Shown piece after piece: positions 26,735 through 39,334 of a stretch of DNA of 64,000 nt. Positions within the stretch are counted from its first letter, which is position 1; each line of letters starts with the position of its first letter. The notes beneath the pieces are model-generated. The model did not search any database. It was not told the DNA's origin and saw only the letters and a program-made list of their open reading frames with translations. The DNA lies in the NCBI GenBank assembly GCA_964016885.1, contig OZ024740.1, positions 24,242,001-24,306,000 on the forward strand. The letters are read 5' to 3'. Both the position numbers and the translations under genes were made by a program. This stretch comes from Eledone cirrhosa. Taxonomy: Eukaryota.

Positions 26735-27213
26735 TATATATTATGTCAACACCATGACATGCTAACCATCCAAACAGACACATACACACACACATAACAC
26801 CTGCTACTTTAGAAAATAAAATCCTGAACTAAATAAACCTTTACATACGTTTGCGCTGACAATACAACAAAACAAATACGAATAAGGAAAATATCTTCAT
26901 TCAAAATATCCCTACTAACGGAATCATTTTCCTACACACAATATATGTATTCTCTTCATCTTAACATGCTAACCATACTCCCACACACACATGACCCCCC
27001 CCCCCCCCCACACACACTCACACACAACTCCCTCCCCCATTTCTACTAATAGAATCACTTTCCTACACACACACACACACACACAATATATATATTCTCT
27101 CCATCTTAAAATACTCCCGCACACACACACATAACACGCATATATACACACACACACAACTCCCTCCCCCATTTCTACCAATAGAATCATCTTCCTACAC
27201 ACACACACACACA

Positions 27214-27244
<31 letters not shown>

Positions 27245-27657
27245 GAACACACAAATAAACATACATATGTATACTTTCTTTATTTCAATAGAAAATTTTA
27301 ATTCTGACAATCCAGCCAACCAGCCATATTCACTGAACCAGAACAATTCTCCCATCCCATTTTTCGTGACCATTATCTTTTGCTTGTCATACAATTCTCT
27401 AAATGGCTACAAAAGAAATTCCCAAATACGGGCGCGGAACTTGTTCACGTGACAGTCATAATTTCATTTATAACCAATCAAATTGCATTTTAAAAAAAAA
27501 GCCTGCGGGAGCCACTTTTTTTATTGTCATAAAATTCTGTAAAAGGAAAAAAATAAATTCCTTTTCTTTCAACCAATGACCTCCACCCCTCCCCCTCCCC
27601 ACCCTCTTCTACCACCTGAAAAGATATAAATACCACAACATTTATTTTGGAAAGCCA

Positions 27658-27706
27658 GATTCCTGATGATTTCTAAAGAATGAAACAACTCTAGTCCTGT
27701 AGAATC
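27658..27706 (+). ncRNA. Type I HHR with looped stem III
   Basis: GATTC-CTGATGA-TTTC-TAAA-GAAT-GAAA-CA..TG-TA|GAATC. Ends just before (TA)n. Confidence 0.75.
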
Positions 27707-27893
27707 TCATCTATATATATATATATATGTAAGTATTAGTATTGAAGCTCTGAAATAGCGATGTATACGTGAATGTATACGTGAACGTATATTTGACAAT
27801 ATGTTTAATTAAAAACATTTAGAAGACCATTCGCTATGAGTTTTAAAGTAGTGACTATGTCACTTACTTATTCTCGGCAAATAACAACTAAGA

Positions 27894-27943
27894 GTGATCT
27901 ACAGAGAGTCTGTTTCTCGCTTGTGAGCGTTTATCAAGGCCAC
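27894..27943 (-). ncRNA. Type I HHR, U3-A8 variant with a stable stem III
   Basis: GTGGCC-TTGATAA-ACGC-TCACAA-GCGA-GAAA-CAGA-CTC-TCTG-TA|GATCAC. Confidence 0.7.
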
Positions 27944-28119
27944 ACACTCTTTGTCGAGAATTCTAGAAGCGAGATTATTATAGAATTCCAGTAATAATCA
28001 GGAACTTATTATACAGAGCGATTGCCGGTCCAGCAAAAATTAATTAGGTATTAATATTGATACTCTGAAATAGCGATGTATAAGTTAATGTATGTATAGC
28101 ATATTTGGCAATATACTGT

Positions 28120-28180
<61 letters not shown>

Positions 28181-29643
28181 TTATTTATTTATTTATTTAT
28201 TTATAACTAAATGGCTCTGTTCCCTACATAGAGCACTCTCCTTTCCTTTAGCTTTCCTACGGAAACACTTCATATATATATATATACAGAGAGAGAGAGA
28301 GAGGAAGAGAGGGGGGAGAGTAAAAGGAAAAATGGACCAACGTTTAGTAGAAAAATATTTCCTATTTTCGATAACTATGTTTTTTTTTGTTTTTCTCTCC
28401 CTTTGACTGTTACTCAAAATTTTGTGTCGTATATAGACGAAAGGGTATGAATGTTTTGGCGCCATTTACACGATTTTCTTTGTTCTTTTCGTGTGTTTTT
28501 TTCTGTGTTGTTTCTTCCGATAATATCGCTATTAGACAAACTGATAAAAAGTTTCATATATTTATCGGTAACTGTTCTTTTTTATTTTTATTTCAGTTAG
28601 TTCCTTTTCGAATGTATCAATAAAAGATAAATAGTTAAAGATTATCTCACCTGGCAGTATTGCAGTACATTGTCTGAAATATATTAATACTGATAAAAAC
28701 AAAACGTTTTTCCTACTACGAATATGTACACGTAATTACTAACGTTCGTTCCGCCTGGTTTCAAATAATAAAAAAATGTTCTTCGGTTTTAATCACGAGC
28801 CCTATTAGATACACTGATATTGATGTATGGTCCTGAAATTACTGAGGGATTCGTAGGGGAGCTGCATACTCATACGGCATTTCTTGGGCATTTTTGATGC
28901 CTGGTGGGTCCACTATCCTCTCCAGGTCTGAATACAAAGGTTTCTTCCAGAGAAGGATAGAGAACGTGAGAATGGAAGTGGGAAAGAGGTATAGAGGAAG
29001 ATAATTGAACACAGTATTAGACTGGTACTATTTTTATTGACCTCGAATAGATGAGAGAAAAAGTTGACCTCGGCGTGATTTGAACGCAGACAGTAGAGAA
29101 TTGGAGCGAAAAAAGCAATACATTGTCCAGCATTCTAACGACTCCGCCAAATAAAACGCTAATGGAATTGATACTGATATTAATAATAATTGTTTCTACT
29201 TTTGGGAAAAGGCCATTAATTATCCCAGTGCGGAGTTATTGGGATGTTATTAAAGAGATCGTTTCGCAAACAAGTAGCTGTGGATTAAACCACGCTGCGT
29301 GCAGTTTGAGGCAAGTGACAGGTTTTGTATCCTCGGGTAAACCGTCTCTAAATTAAGGGATACTTTAGCAAGAACAGAAGCTACCCAAACAATGTGGTTC
29401 AGAACCAGCATGCAGGAGTTTTAACGAAAAAACAATTTAACCTAATAACAATTGTTTTGATAATCCACAGCAGAGAAAACAGGCTTTGCTAACATCAATG
29501 TTTCTCCATGTTACAAAGATCCATTATATATATATTACTTACACCAAGAACATTTTTTAAACCCCTTTTTTTTTTATTTCATTATATAATTTGATATGTA
29601 TAAAAAGTTGGTCATGCTAATTTAAACTGGTAACTCAAAATCC

Positions 29644-29739
<96 letters not shown>

Positions 29740-29906
29740 ATCTTCATATATATATATATAGGAGAAAATGAGATTTTTTATTAATAAAAAAATAAAAGGA
29801 AAAATAAAAAGCGATATGTTCTACGTGGGTGAAAGTATAAGGAAAGGAAATTTCAAATGCAACTGGAGACTTTTCGATTTCTTTTCCTTATAAATATATA
29901 TGTATA

Positions 29907-29989
<83 letters not shown>

Positions 29990-30118
29990 GTGAGGTTTTT
30001 TTACAAAATGAAAAATAACCGAGGTGTCCTACACGAGTGAAAGTATAAAGAAAAAAGATGAAATCGAAAATGCAACTGGAGTCTTATTTTTAAAAATATA
30101 TATATATTTATTTGGTTC

Positions 30119-30154
30119 CTTTACCGGTTTCGCAATTCTTCTGCTTTTCAAATG
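30119..30154 (-). ncRNA. Minimal HHR, U3-A8 variant
   Basis: TTGAAAA-GCAG-AAGAA-TTGC-GAAA-CCGG-TA|AAG. Sense to the ORF. Confidence 0.72.
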
Positions 30155-31046
30155 TAGAGTTGAGATGGAGGGTCTGTGGTTCTTCTCACATCTGGTTGGT
30201 CTTTGAATGTTACTTGTTTTATATGGAAAAAAGTGGCTCGAAACGCCAGGTTTTAGAGAAGTAATTTGATTGGTTGGTCAATAATTATAATAAATTTCGC
30301 GCCAGTTCGCGTTACAAAGTTCTTCAAACAAGGTGAGGGGGGAGGGGGGGGGGGGGGGGATCAGGTTGTTTTTTCATATATGAGTGTTTGAATTTCTTTT
30401 TACTTAAAAAAAGGGGCTCAGGAAGGCTTTTTTTTTAATAAACGTAATTTGATTGGTTATAAATGAAATTATGGGTGTCACGTGAAAGTTTTCATTAAAT
30501 TTCGCGCCCCTATTTGGAAATTTATTCTGTAGCCTATTTAGAGAATTTTATGACAAGCAAAAGATAATGGTCAAGAGAAATGGGATGGGAGAATTGTTCT
30601 GGTTCAGTGAATATGGTTAGTTCGTTGGGTGTCAGAATTCAGATTTTCTATAGCAATAAAGAAAGTAAAGATATGTATGTTTATTTGTGAGCTTGTGTGT
30701 GCGTGTATAGGAAGATGATTCTATTAGTAGAAATGGGGGAGGGAGTTGTGTGTGGGGGGGGGATGTGTGTGTATGGGTGTTATGTGTGTGTGGGAGTATC
30801 GTTAGCATGTTAAGAGGAAGAGAATATATGTATTGTGTGTGTCGGATAATGATTCCGTTAGTAGGAATATTTTTGAATGAACAAATTTTCCTTACTTATT
30901 CGTATTTGTTCTGTTGTATTGTCAGCGCAAACGTATGTTAAGGTTTATTTAGTTCGGGTTATATTTTTCTAAAGTAGCAGGTGTTATGTGTGTGTGTATG
31001 TGTCTATTTGGATGGTTAGCATGTCATGGTGTTGACATAATGTATA

Positions 31047-32196
31047 TTAAACCATATTTAATGCTGGTCTATATTTTTGAATAAACATATTTTCCTTATT
31101 TATTCGTATTTTTTCTGTTGTATTGTCAGCGCAGAGGTAAAATTGGAAGACTTTGGTGTCTTATTACTTGCGCATATGTCTAGATGTGCGGTTAGTGGTA
31201 TCTGTCTCGTGGTTGGATCTCGTAATTGTTGGCGATGAACTGTCATTCTGTTTCTGAGTGTGAGTATAGTTTGTCCTATATAATCTTCATTGCATCCTTT
31301 ACATTTAATGGCATAAAGTAGATTTTTTGATGAGCAAGTGAACTGATTTTTTACAGCAAAATTTTGTCCTGATTTAAATGTATCCGTGTTGCCTTCAATG
31401 AGGTGAGTGCAGGTTACACAATTAGAGCGACCACATTTTTTGAGAGCTGGTTGTGGGTTTGTGGTAGGTAATTTGGCATTGATGAGTAATGTTTTCAGTG
31501 ATTTCGGTTGTCTTTTGCTTTTGACTTTTTGTGTTTCAAGGGCTTTTTTCATTATTGGATCTTGTTTTAGTAGTGGAATGTTCCTGTGAATAGTGTTGCA
31601 AGCTTCCGCATTTCTTGGGTTGTGTTGAGATATATAATAGAATATTGGACGTACCTTGAATTTGTTTCTGTTTTCGTAATTCATCAATGTCTATTGCTTT
31701 AGCCCTTTCTATTCCATTATTTATTAGTAATGGTGGGTACTCTCTTTCGAGTAGAATTTCCTTTAATTCTTGAAGTCTTTTATTTCGCGTTTCATAATTG
31801 GAGACAATTGTGCAAATTCTTCTTGCTAGGTTAAAAGGAATGTTCATCTTCGTGTGCCTTGGATGGTTGGAGGTGAATAGCAGGTATTGGTTGGAATCTG
31901 TTGGTTTGTAGCGTATGTCAGTTTCAATATTTGTGTCTTTTTTTTACGATTAAGATGTACAGAAATGGGAGTTGATGTTGGCTGTATTCCATTGTCAATT
32001 GGATGTGGTCATTGATGCCGTTTATTAAGGTTTTGAAATCCTTCAGTTGGTCGAGTGTGTCGGACCAAAGAATGAGACAATCATCCAAGTAGCGTTTCCA
32101 ATTCTCTGATAAATATTTGGGGAAGTTCAATCCGTATTCTGATTTGGAATGTTCATATATCTGGATTTCTAAGTATGCCATGACTAAGTTGGCATA
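31047..32196 (-). pseudogene. Neptune-type PLE RT plus GIY-YIG remnant
   Basis: WKRYLDD, CGRSNCVTC, TCSSKNLLYAIKCKGCNEDYIGQT..LRNRM..H. Contains frameshifts. Confidence 0.9.
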
Positions 32197-32215
32197 TAAT
32201 ATTTATATATATACG

Positions 32216-32290
<75 letters not shown>

Positions 32291-32442
32291 ATACTTTGGG
32301 AGTGTCATGTTGCCAATAAGAAACACACGCACCAGTTGCTCTCTCTTCAATTTATTAAATATTTATAAATTTACAAGTATAACAATATCGGTTTCAACAC
32401 ACGATTTCAGATAAAGAATCTTGCCAAACAAATTCAGAAACG

Positions 32443-32593
<151 letters not shown>

Positions 32594-32661
32594 TACATAG
32601 GAAAAGAGTCAAGACTCACATCTGATGTGAGAAAAACCACAAACCCTCCATCTTAACTCTA

Positions 32662-32697
32662 CTTTTGAAAAGCAGAAGAACTGCGAAACCGATAAAG
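32662..32697 (+). ncRNA. Minimal HHR, U3-A8 variant (stem III mutated)
   Basis: CTT-TTGAAAA-GCAG-AAGAA-CTGC-GAAA-CCGA-TA|AAG. Confidence 0.65.
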
Positions 32698-32766
32698 GAA
32701 CCAAATAAATATATATATATTTTTTTTAAATAAGACTCCAGTTGCATTTTCGATTTCATCTTTTTT

Positions 32767-32843
<77 letters not shown>

Positions 32844-33106
32844 TACATTGTAGGTCGCTTTAACCCGTCTCTTATTATTGAAAAAACTTCTTGCCAATAA
32901 ACATTAACCCTTCGTACCCCATTTATCTAGCTGTAGTCCAACAAATAGCAAGTAAACGGAGCGTTTTACAAGAACGATAGCAAGTGAATCTTCGAGGTAA
33001 GCATTTTCCTCCCGAGCTCTTATTTCACGCGGGATTCTCTGCTACACCATTTCGTAATAATACCGAACAACGTACTGCTGGTCACTCCATCCAAAAGCCG
33101 TACAGA

Positions 33107-33144
<38 letters not shown>

Positions 33145-33246
33145 GCCGTCGGGGTCATACTTGTTCCTATTACCCATTCTACTACCCTAAGTATTGAGTA
33201 TTTTGGTGCGTTATGGTCCATCTGGTTCCTTACCACATTTCCTTCG

Positions 33247-33308
<62 letters not shown>

Positions 33309-33569
33309 GGAAAAATGAAACGAAATTTCATCTGCCACTCTTAGTACAGCTGTTACTTAAATATAAGTATGTACACGTACATACATATATATATACAGAC
33401 GTACAGTAGTATGTATATGTATATACATACATGCACACATATATATATGTACGTATGGATTCACCGAACATTTATTATAATGCTCGGGTTGTTTGTAAAC
33501 AAACATCTCGTATTAGGCCGTCGTGTCTAGCAACCATCGTTGCTCGTTTGTTCAACACTGAAAAAGGAA

Positions 33570-33610
33570 CGCTGTACTAGTTTCAAGCTTATTAGCTATC
33601 GTCAGTAACG
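33570..33610 (-). ncRNA. Minimal type I HHR (inverted arm)
   Basis: CGTTA-CTGACGA-TAGC-TAATAA-GCTT-GAAA-CTAG-TA|CAGCG. Confidence 0.75.
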
Positions 33611-34057
33611 TATACCTACCTGCAAGATTGTTGAACGTTGAAGACGATAGCTAATAAGCTTGAAACTAGTACAGCGTTCCTTTGTCAGTGTTGAACAAAC
33701 GAGCAACGATGGTTGCTAGACACTACGGCTTAATACGGGATGTTTGTTTACAAACACGCCGAGCATTATAATAAATGTTCGGTGAATCCATACGTACATA
33801 TATATATATGTGTGCATGTATGTATATATATATACATACTACTGTACGTCTGTATACATATATGTATGTACGTATACATACTTATATTTAAGTAACAGCC
33901 GTACTAAGAGTGGGAAATGAAATTTCGTTTCATTTTATCCGTTTATCGTTTTCGGTGCACCCGGCCAATTAACTCAATCGATATGCAAATTGGGCTACTC
34001 AGCCGTTAATATGCATAAGGTAAGTATATACGTTCAACAATCTGGCAGGAAGGTATA

Positions 34058-34098
34058 CGTTTCTGACGATAGCTAATAAGCTTGAAACTACTACAGCG
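34058..34098 (+). ncRNA. Minimal type I HHR
   Basis: CGTTT-CTGACGA-TAGC-TAATAA-GCTT-GAAA-CTAC-TA|CAGCG. Confidence 0.7.
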
Positions 34099-34299
34099 TT
34101 CCTTTGTCAGTGTTGAACAAACGAGCAACGATGGTTGCTAGACACTACGGCTTAATACGGGATGTTTGTTTTCAAATACACCGAGCATTATAATAAATGT
34201 TCGGTGAATCCATACGTACATATAAATATGTGTGCATGTATGTATATATATATACATACTACTGTACCTCTGTATACATATAGTATGTACGTGTACATA

Positions 34300-34354
<55 letters not shown>

Positions 34355-34373
34355 GTTATAAGAACAGATTAAA

Positions 34374-34419
34374 TTTAAGCAAAGATTGTTGCTTTCAATA
34401 TTAACGGGTTCTTCTGAAA
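34374..34419 (-). ncRNA. HHR-like motif with CAGAAGA core, stem II decayed
   Basis: TTT-CAGAAGA-ACCCGTTAATATT-GAAA-GCAA..TTGC-TT|AAA. Related to 16560-16608. Confidence 0.45.
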
Positions 34420-34859
34420 GTAAAAAATTTAATCTGTGAACGCAGAAGTAAATATTTCGAGAAACGTTGCAACCGAACGAAAACAGGAAGACGATAGTTT
34501 GGTTCGTGTAGACGTTCCCTGGCAATGAACGGAAAAAAGCAAGGATAATACGTCGTTATGTGGGCCGAGAAGAACAATTTCATGCAAAGACAAGCCCAAG
34601 TTTATGGTATATATGGAGTCGTTAGACTAATATTCTATTTAAAATAACCGAATGATTTCCAACCCCGGAGTTTAAGAATGATGTAAATAAAATTGAAAAC
34701 GAAAATGACAGAGGTCATTAAAATAGTAAAATAAATGGTGAAGATTTAGGCCAGTACATACGTATGCGCCGATGGACATACACATACATATACATAAGCA
34801 CACACAAATACATACACACACAAACACACGCGCGCACGCACGCGTGTGTGTGTGTGTAA

Positions 34860-35241
34860 ACCTTATGCATTTCTACAGTATTGGGCACTTTCATTTTTCC
34901 AGATATTGATTATAGGGCGCCCCAGCAGATAACCCCCTTTAACCACTTCTTTGGAGTAGACTGAAGCACTGCATTGTAATGAAACAAAACGTCATAACTT
35001 CTGGAGTTCGCAACCGATTTTCACAAAACTTGACACAAGGGCTACATTTGTCCTACAGATGAATGTGAACTCTCAGAATTGGCACATATTGAGTAAGGGA
35101 CCCCTGGGAGCTGGAAAACCCTTTTGGAAAAACCCGGTGATTGTGTAAAAGTATAGTTTTCAAAGCAGCACTGAAGTATTGGCATAAATGGTATACATAA
35201 CTGCTATTTAATACCCGAGAAACGCCAGGTACCTCTGCTAG
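34860..35241 (+). mobile_element. Non-autonomous Helitron, 3' part
   Basis: CCCGAGAAACGCCAGG hairpin followed by CTGCTAG|T, like the 3' end of 17326-18098. The 5' boundary is uncertain. Confidence 0.6.
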
Positions 35242-35619
35242 TTATATATAAACTGCATTAGGAGAAAATTATTGACGGAAATATATAAATGTTTATTTAA
35301 GCGATCGCTAACCGGAAGTGTTGAGATTTGAAAATTTTCAAGAAGTGAATCTTTAAATAAACAATAAAATATATTATATCAAAAGCTACGAAATTTAGCA
35401 CTTATATTATATAATATTCATTCATTATTTATTCAAAGTAATCCAAATTATTTTACAAACGCGATAAAAAAATTATATTCTGGATGCAGTCCCGCATTCC
35501 TTACTTTATTATAATTAAGATTCTCTATTGACTTATTTTAATCTCTCCTTCATATTAGTTATTCCTTCTTTCATTTTCTTTATAAACTGATATTTCTTTA
35601 TTCTATAATTGTTTTATTT

Positions 35620-36224
35620 ATTTAATTCTTATCTTATTTTATTGATTCTGTTATTTACTCATTCTTTCTTACGTTTCTTCTTTCTTTCTTTCCTTTCTTC
35701 TTTCTTTTCTTTTCTTTTCTTTCTTTATTTCTTACTTCTTTTCTTCTTTCATACTTCTTTAGTTCTTCCTTTCTTTTCTTATTTCTTTTCTTTTATTTCT
35801 TCCTTTCTTTTTCCCTTTCATACTTCTTTCTTTTTTCTTTCCTTCTTCCTTTCTTTTCTTCTTCTTCTTCTTTCTTCCATTTTTTCTTCTTTCTTTTCTT
35901 CTTCTTTCGTTTCTTATTCTTTCTTTTTTCTTCCTTCAATCCTTCCTTCCTTTCTGTTCTTCTTCCTTCCTTTTTTTATTTCTTTCTACCTTTCTTTCTT
36001 CCTTCCTTCCTTTCTTTTCTTCTTTCTTTCTTCCTTCCTTTCTTCTCTTCTTCCTTCCTTTCTTTTCTTATTTCTTCCTTTCTTTCTTTCTCTCTACTTT
36101 TCTTTCTTCCTTCCTTCCTTTCTTTTCTTCTTTCTTCCTTCCTTCCTTTCTTTTCTTATTTCTTCCTTTCTTCCTTCTTTTCTTTTCTTCTTTCTTCTTT
36201 CCTTCCTTTCTTTTCTTCTTTTTT

Positions 36225-36260
<36 letters not shown>

Positions 36261-36600
36261 TCCTTCTTTCTTTCTGTCTTTCATATTTCCTTTCTTTCCT
36301 TCCCTCTTCCTTTCCTACCGTCTGTATTCTATGCTCTTTCTTATCAAGAGATATTTTAGTCTTCTTCTGGGTAAGAATTTAACAATTTTTCTTTTTTTTA
36401 ATGTTTCTCTTTCTTTTTTGATATTTCCTTCGATTCATTACATCTCTCTCTCCTTCCATCCATTACATCTCTCTCTTCTTTCATCCATTACATCTCTCTC
36501 TCCTTCCATCCATTACATCTCTCTCTCCTTCCACCCATTACATCTTTCTCTCCTTCCATCCATTACATCTTTCTCTCCTTTTCCTCTTCCTTCCTGTCTT
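35620..36600. repeat. Pyrimidine-rich low-complexity tract and ~25-bp TCCATCCATTACATCTCTCTCTCCT minisatellite
   Basis: Visible directly. Confidence 0.9.
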
Positions 36601-36720
36601 TATTAGTTTCCTTTATTCCTATTTATTTTATATATCTTAAATCTAATTTATTTTAAATAATAATGTTTTAGGTACCGAGTAAAAACGAATAGATATACTT
36701 AAACATACATAAATATATAC

Positions 36721-36795
<75 letters not shown>

Positions 36796-37359
36796 TAAAG
36801 CATGTCTATAGAATCACCAGATAAAATATATACCATTTCCTCTCCCAATTAGCATAATTAACTAAATAAAATATCGAATAGACCAGGCTATAAGAATAAG
36901 GCTTCTATGAAGAAATCTCCAACAAATAACCGAAACTAGCCCTTCGCGTCGGCCGCCACGGAATATTTATCGAATATTTCGACATCGTAATCGCCCAGAT
37001 ACAGTCAATTAAACAAAATTAGGTGTAAAATAAACTAGGAGAAAATAGAATACATTTATTTACCTCTAGCATGGTTTCGTCCGCATTTTGAGATTTCCAA
37101 TAACTTTGGAACTCGAGAATCAGACTCTTCAGGAGTTTTCTCTGATCTAAACATTAAATTTTCCAAAGTGATCGCGCCAAGAATTAATTCAAAAATGGCT
37201 AAGAATCGTGACGTAGCAGCGGTCAGGTTGGAAGGGATGTGGTAGTTGCTTACGGCTGGTGGGTTTTTGCTAGAAAGCACAGCACAATACAGCCAAATTT
37301 GTATCTCAACCTAATGGGTGATTATTACATATAAATGTTTCATATATATATATACATAC

Positions 37360-37646
37360 ATACATATACGTGTTTTGCAACGGGTAAATTTGTGGCTCAA
37401 TGAAAAGTTAATAAATTAAATAATCAGAGCTATATATCATAAAACATGTCGATAGAATCACCAGATAAAATATATACCATTTCCTCTTCCAATTAGCATA
37501 ATTATGCTAATTGGGAGAGGAAATGGTATATATTTTATCTGGTGATTCTATCGACATGTTTTATGATATATAGCTCTGATTATTTAATTTATTAACTTTT
37601 CATTGAGCCACAAAGTGACGCGTTGCAAAACACGTATATGTATATA
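37360..37646. repeat. Near-perfect palindrome with no spacer (centre 37501/37502)
   Basis: ...CAATTAGCATAA|TTATGCTAATTG... The arm is also present as a direct copy at ~36793-36860. Confidence 0.9.
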
Positions 37647-38277
37647 TGTATATATATATATATGTAAACCTTTATATATATATATATATATATAACGAAG
37701 GAAATGTGGTAAGGAACCAGGTGGACCATAACGCACCAAAGTACTCAATACTTGAGGTAGTAGAGTGGGTAATAGGAACCTTTTGGCCCCTTTTGTTGAC
37801 CCGTCACCGTATCATTTACGTACTTATACCTCTTAAAAGGGTCCTTGCCTAATTCGTCCCACCTAGTTCTTTTACTTATTTCGTTATTTCTTTATTTATT
37901 TATTTCTTTACTTCTTTCTTTCTTTCTTTATTTTATTCTAGCCTAACAATAGCCTGAGACCTAGGTCGTAGAATTTAATTTACTTTACTTTTTTCTTTAC
38001 ACTTATTTGCTTTTCTTCACTCTCAGTACTTTTTCTTTCCTATTTCTACCCCCCATTGTTCTACCTACCGTTCCGACTTCCTCCCCCTCCCCCTCCCCTG
38101 TATCTTCTTTGACCTAATGCCCAGCTGTAGCTGGCACTACCAACGCTGGATTGGGTCTACTCCACCCCCTCCCCTCTTTCTCCTACTGGCAGGTTTAGCC
38201 ACCATCTCCCCTACTAATTTGCAACCACAGAATTACTACTGATTTTTGACAATCACTTTGACCATATATGGAATTAC

Positions 38278-38354
38278 CCCTTGAGAAGATCGGCTATTTA
38301 AATACCAGGATAAATTTTCATTTAGTCCAGAATTAGCCGTCGAAACGGCTTGAG
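38278..38354 (+). ncRNA. Type I HHR, U3-A8 variant, 54-nt stem II
   Basis: CCC-TTGAGAA-[GATCGGCTATT...AATTAGCCGTC]-GAAA-CGGC-TT|GAG. Other pieces of this pLTR family lie near 4200, 33140, 37695, 38910, 39055 and 63410. Confidence 0.6.
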
Positions 38355-38379
38355 CTCAGCTGTCGGGGTCTTACTGGTT

Positions 38380-38419
<40 letters not shown>

Positions 38420-38502
38420 GGAGGTGAGTTTTATTGTAGTACAATAAAGCAATGCAGATATCGGATAAGAAGCACTCTACAGTTTGTAGGACTGGAGTAT
38501 AC

Positions 38503-38809
38503 ATAATATAAGATCAAAAGATGGTTAAAGGAGTTCCATGTATTTTATTATGCGCATTTCAAAAACAAACATCATCATGCAATAATATTTGTGTTTTCAT
38601 AACATAAAACAGGAGAACATGATATGAAGGCTAAAGAACACTTGTGGATATGTTGATTTAAAACTGCACTATCCACAAGTGTTCTTTAGCCTTCATATCA
38701 TGTTCTCCTGTTTTATCTGATGAAAACACAAATATTATTGCATGATGATGTTTATTTTTGAAATGCGCATAATAAAATACATGGAACTCCTTTAACCATC
38801 TTTTGATCT

Positions 38810-38817
<8 letters not shown>
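38503..38817. mobile_element. Snap-back palindrome (148-bp arms) with HHR
   Basis: Arms 38503-38650 and 38670-38817. The left-arm HHR core is mutated. Confidence 0.85.
38711..38777 (+). ncRNA. Type I HHR, 36-nt stem II
   Basis: TTTTAT-CTGATGA-[..AAATATTATT GCA TGATGATGTTT..]-GAAA-TGCGCA-TA|ATAAAA. Confidence 0.82.
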
Positions 38818-38866
<49 letters not shown>

Positions 38867-39133
38867 CACGCACTCATACGTACAGACACGTATATATATA
38901 TATATATTCAAGCCGTCGGGGTCTTGAACGTTTTTCTATTTACCACTCTACTACCCTAAGTATTGAGTAGTCTGGTGCGTTACGGTCCACCTGCTTCCTT
39001 ACCACACTTCCTTCGTTATATATATATATATATATATATAAATATATATATATAACAAAGGAATTGTGGTAAGGAACCAGATGGACCATAACGCACCAGA
39101 GTACTCAATACTTAGGGTAGTAGAGTGGTAAAT

Positions 39134-39288
39134 AGGAAAAAGTATGACCCCGACGGCAGAGCTCAAGCCGCTTCGACGGCTATTTCTAGACTAAAATTAG
39201 AATTTTTAGCCTGGTGAATAAATGCTAATTTTAGTCCAGAAATAGCCGTCGAAACGGCTTGAGCTCTGCCGTCGGGGTCATACTTTTT

Positions 39289-39290
<2 letters not shown>
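39134..39290. repeat. Hairpin made of two inverted HHR 3' halves (38278 family)
   Basis: GGAAAAAGTATGACCCCGACGG...CCGTCGGGGTCATACTTTTTCC. The loop derives from stem II. Confidence 0.85.

Positions 39291-39334
<44 letters not shown>

Larger units (their letters stand above)
24825..27560 (+). mobile_element. 5'-truncated Neptune-type PLE with inverted pLTR (24825-25610)
   Basis: RT and GIY-YIG remnants. The 5' segment matches the family's 3' end in reverse orientation (compare 29983-30560). Confidence 0.85.
29983..32197 (-). mobile_element. Second 5'-truncated Neptune-type PLE copy with 3' pLTR
   Basis: Homologous to 25612-27470 in inverted orientation. An inverted pLTR piece lies at 32630-32770. 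Confidence 0.88.
33305..34302 (+). mobile_element. Small retrozyme: ~422-nt tandem unit plus inverted arm (33305-33637)
   Basis: GACGATAGCTAATAAGCTTGAAACTA recurs at 33643 and 34065. The left arm is the reverse complement. A fragment also occurs at ~18868-19035. Confidence 0.8.

Noticed and set aside
35609-36382. 257-aa F/S/L-rich ORF resembling a membrane protein
   Set aside because: Translation of a pyrimidine-rich low-complexity tract.
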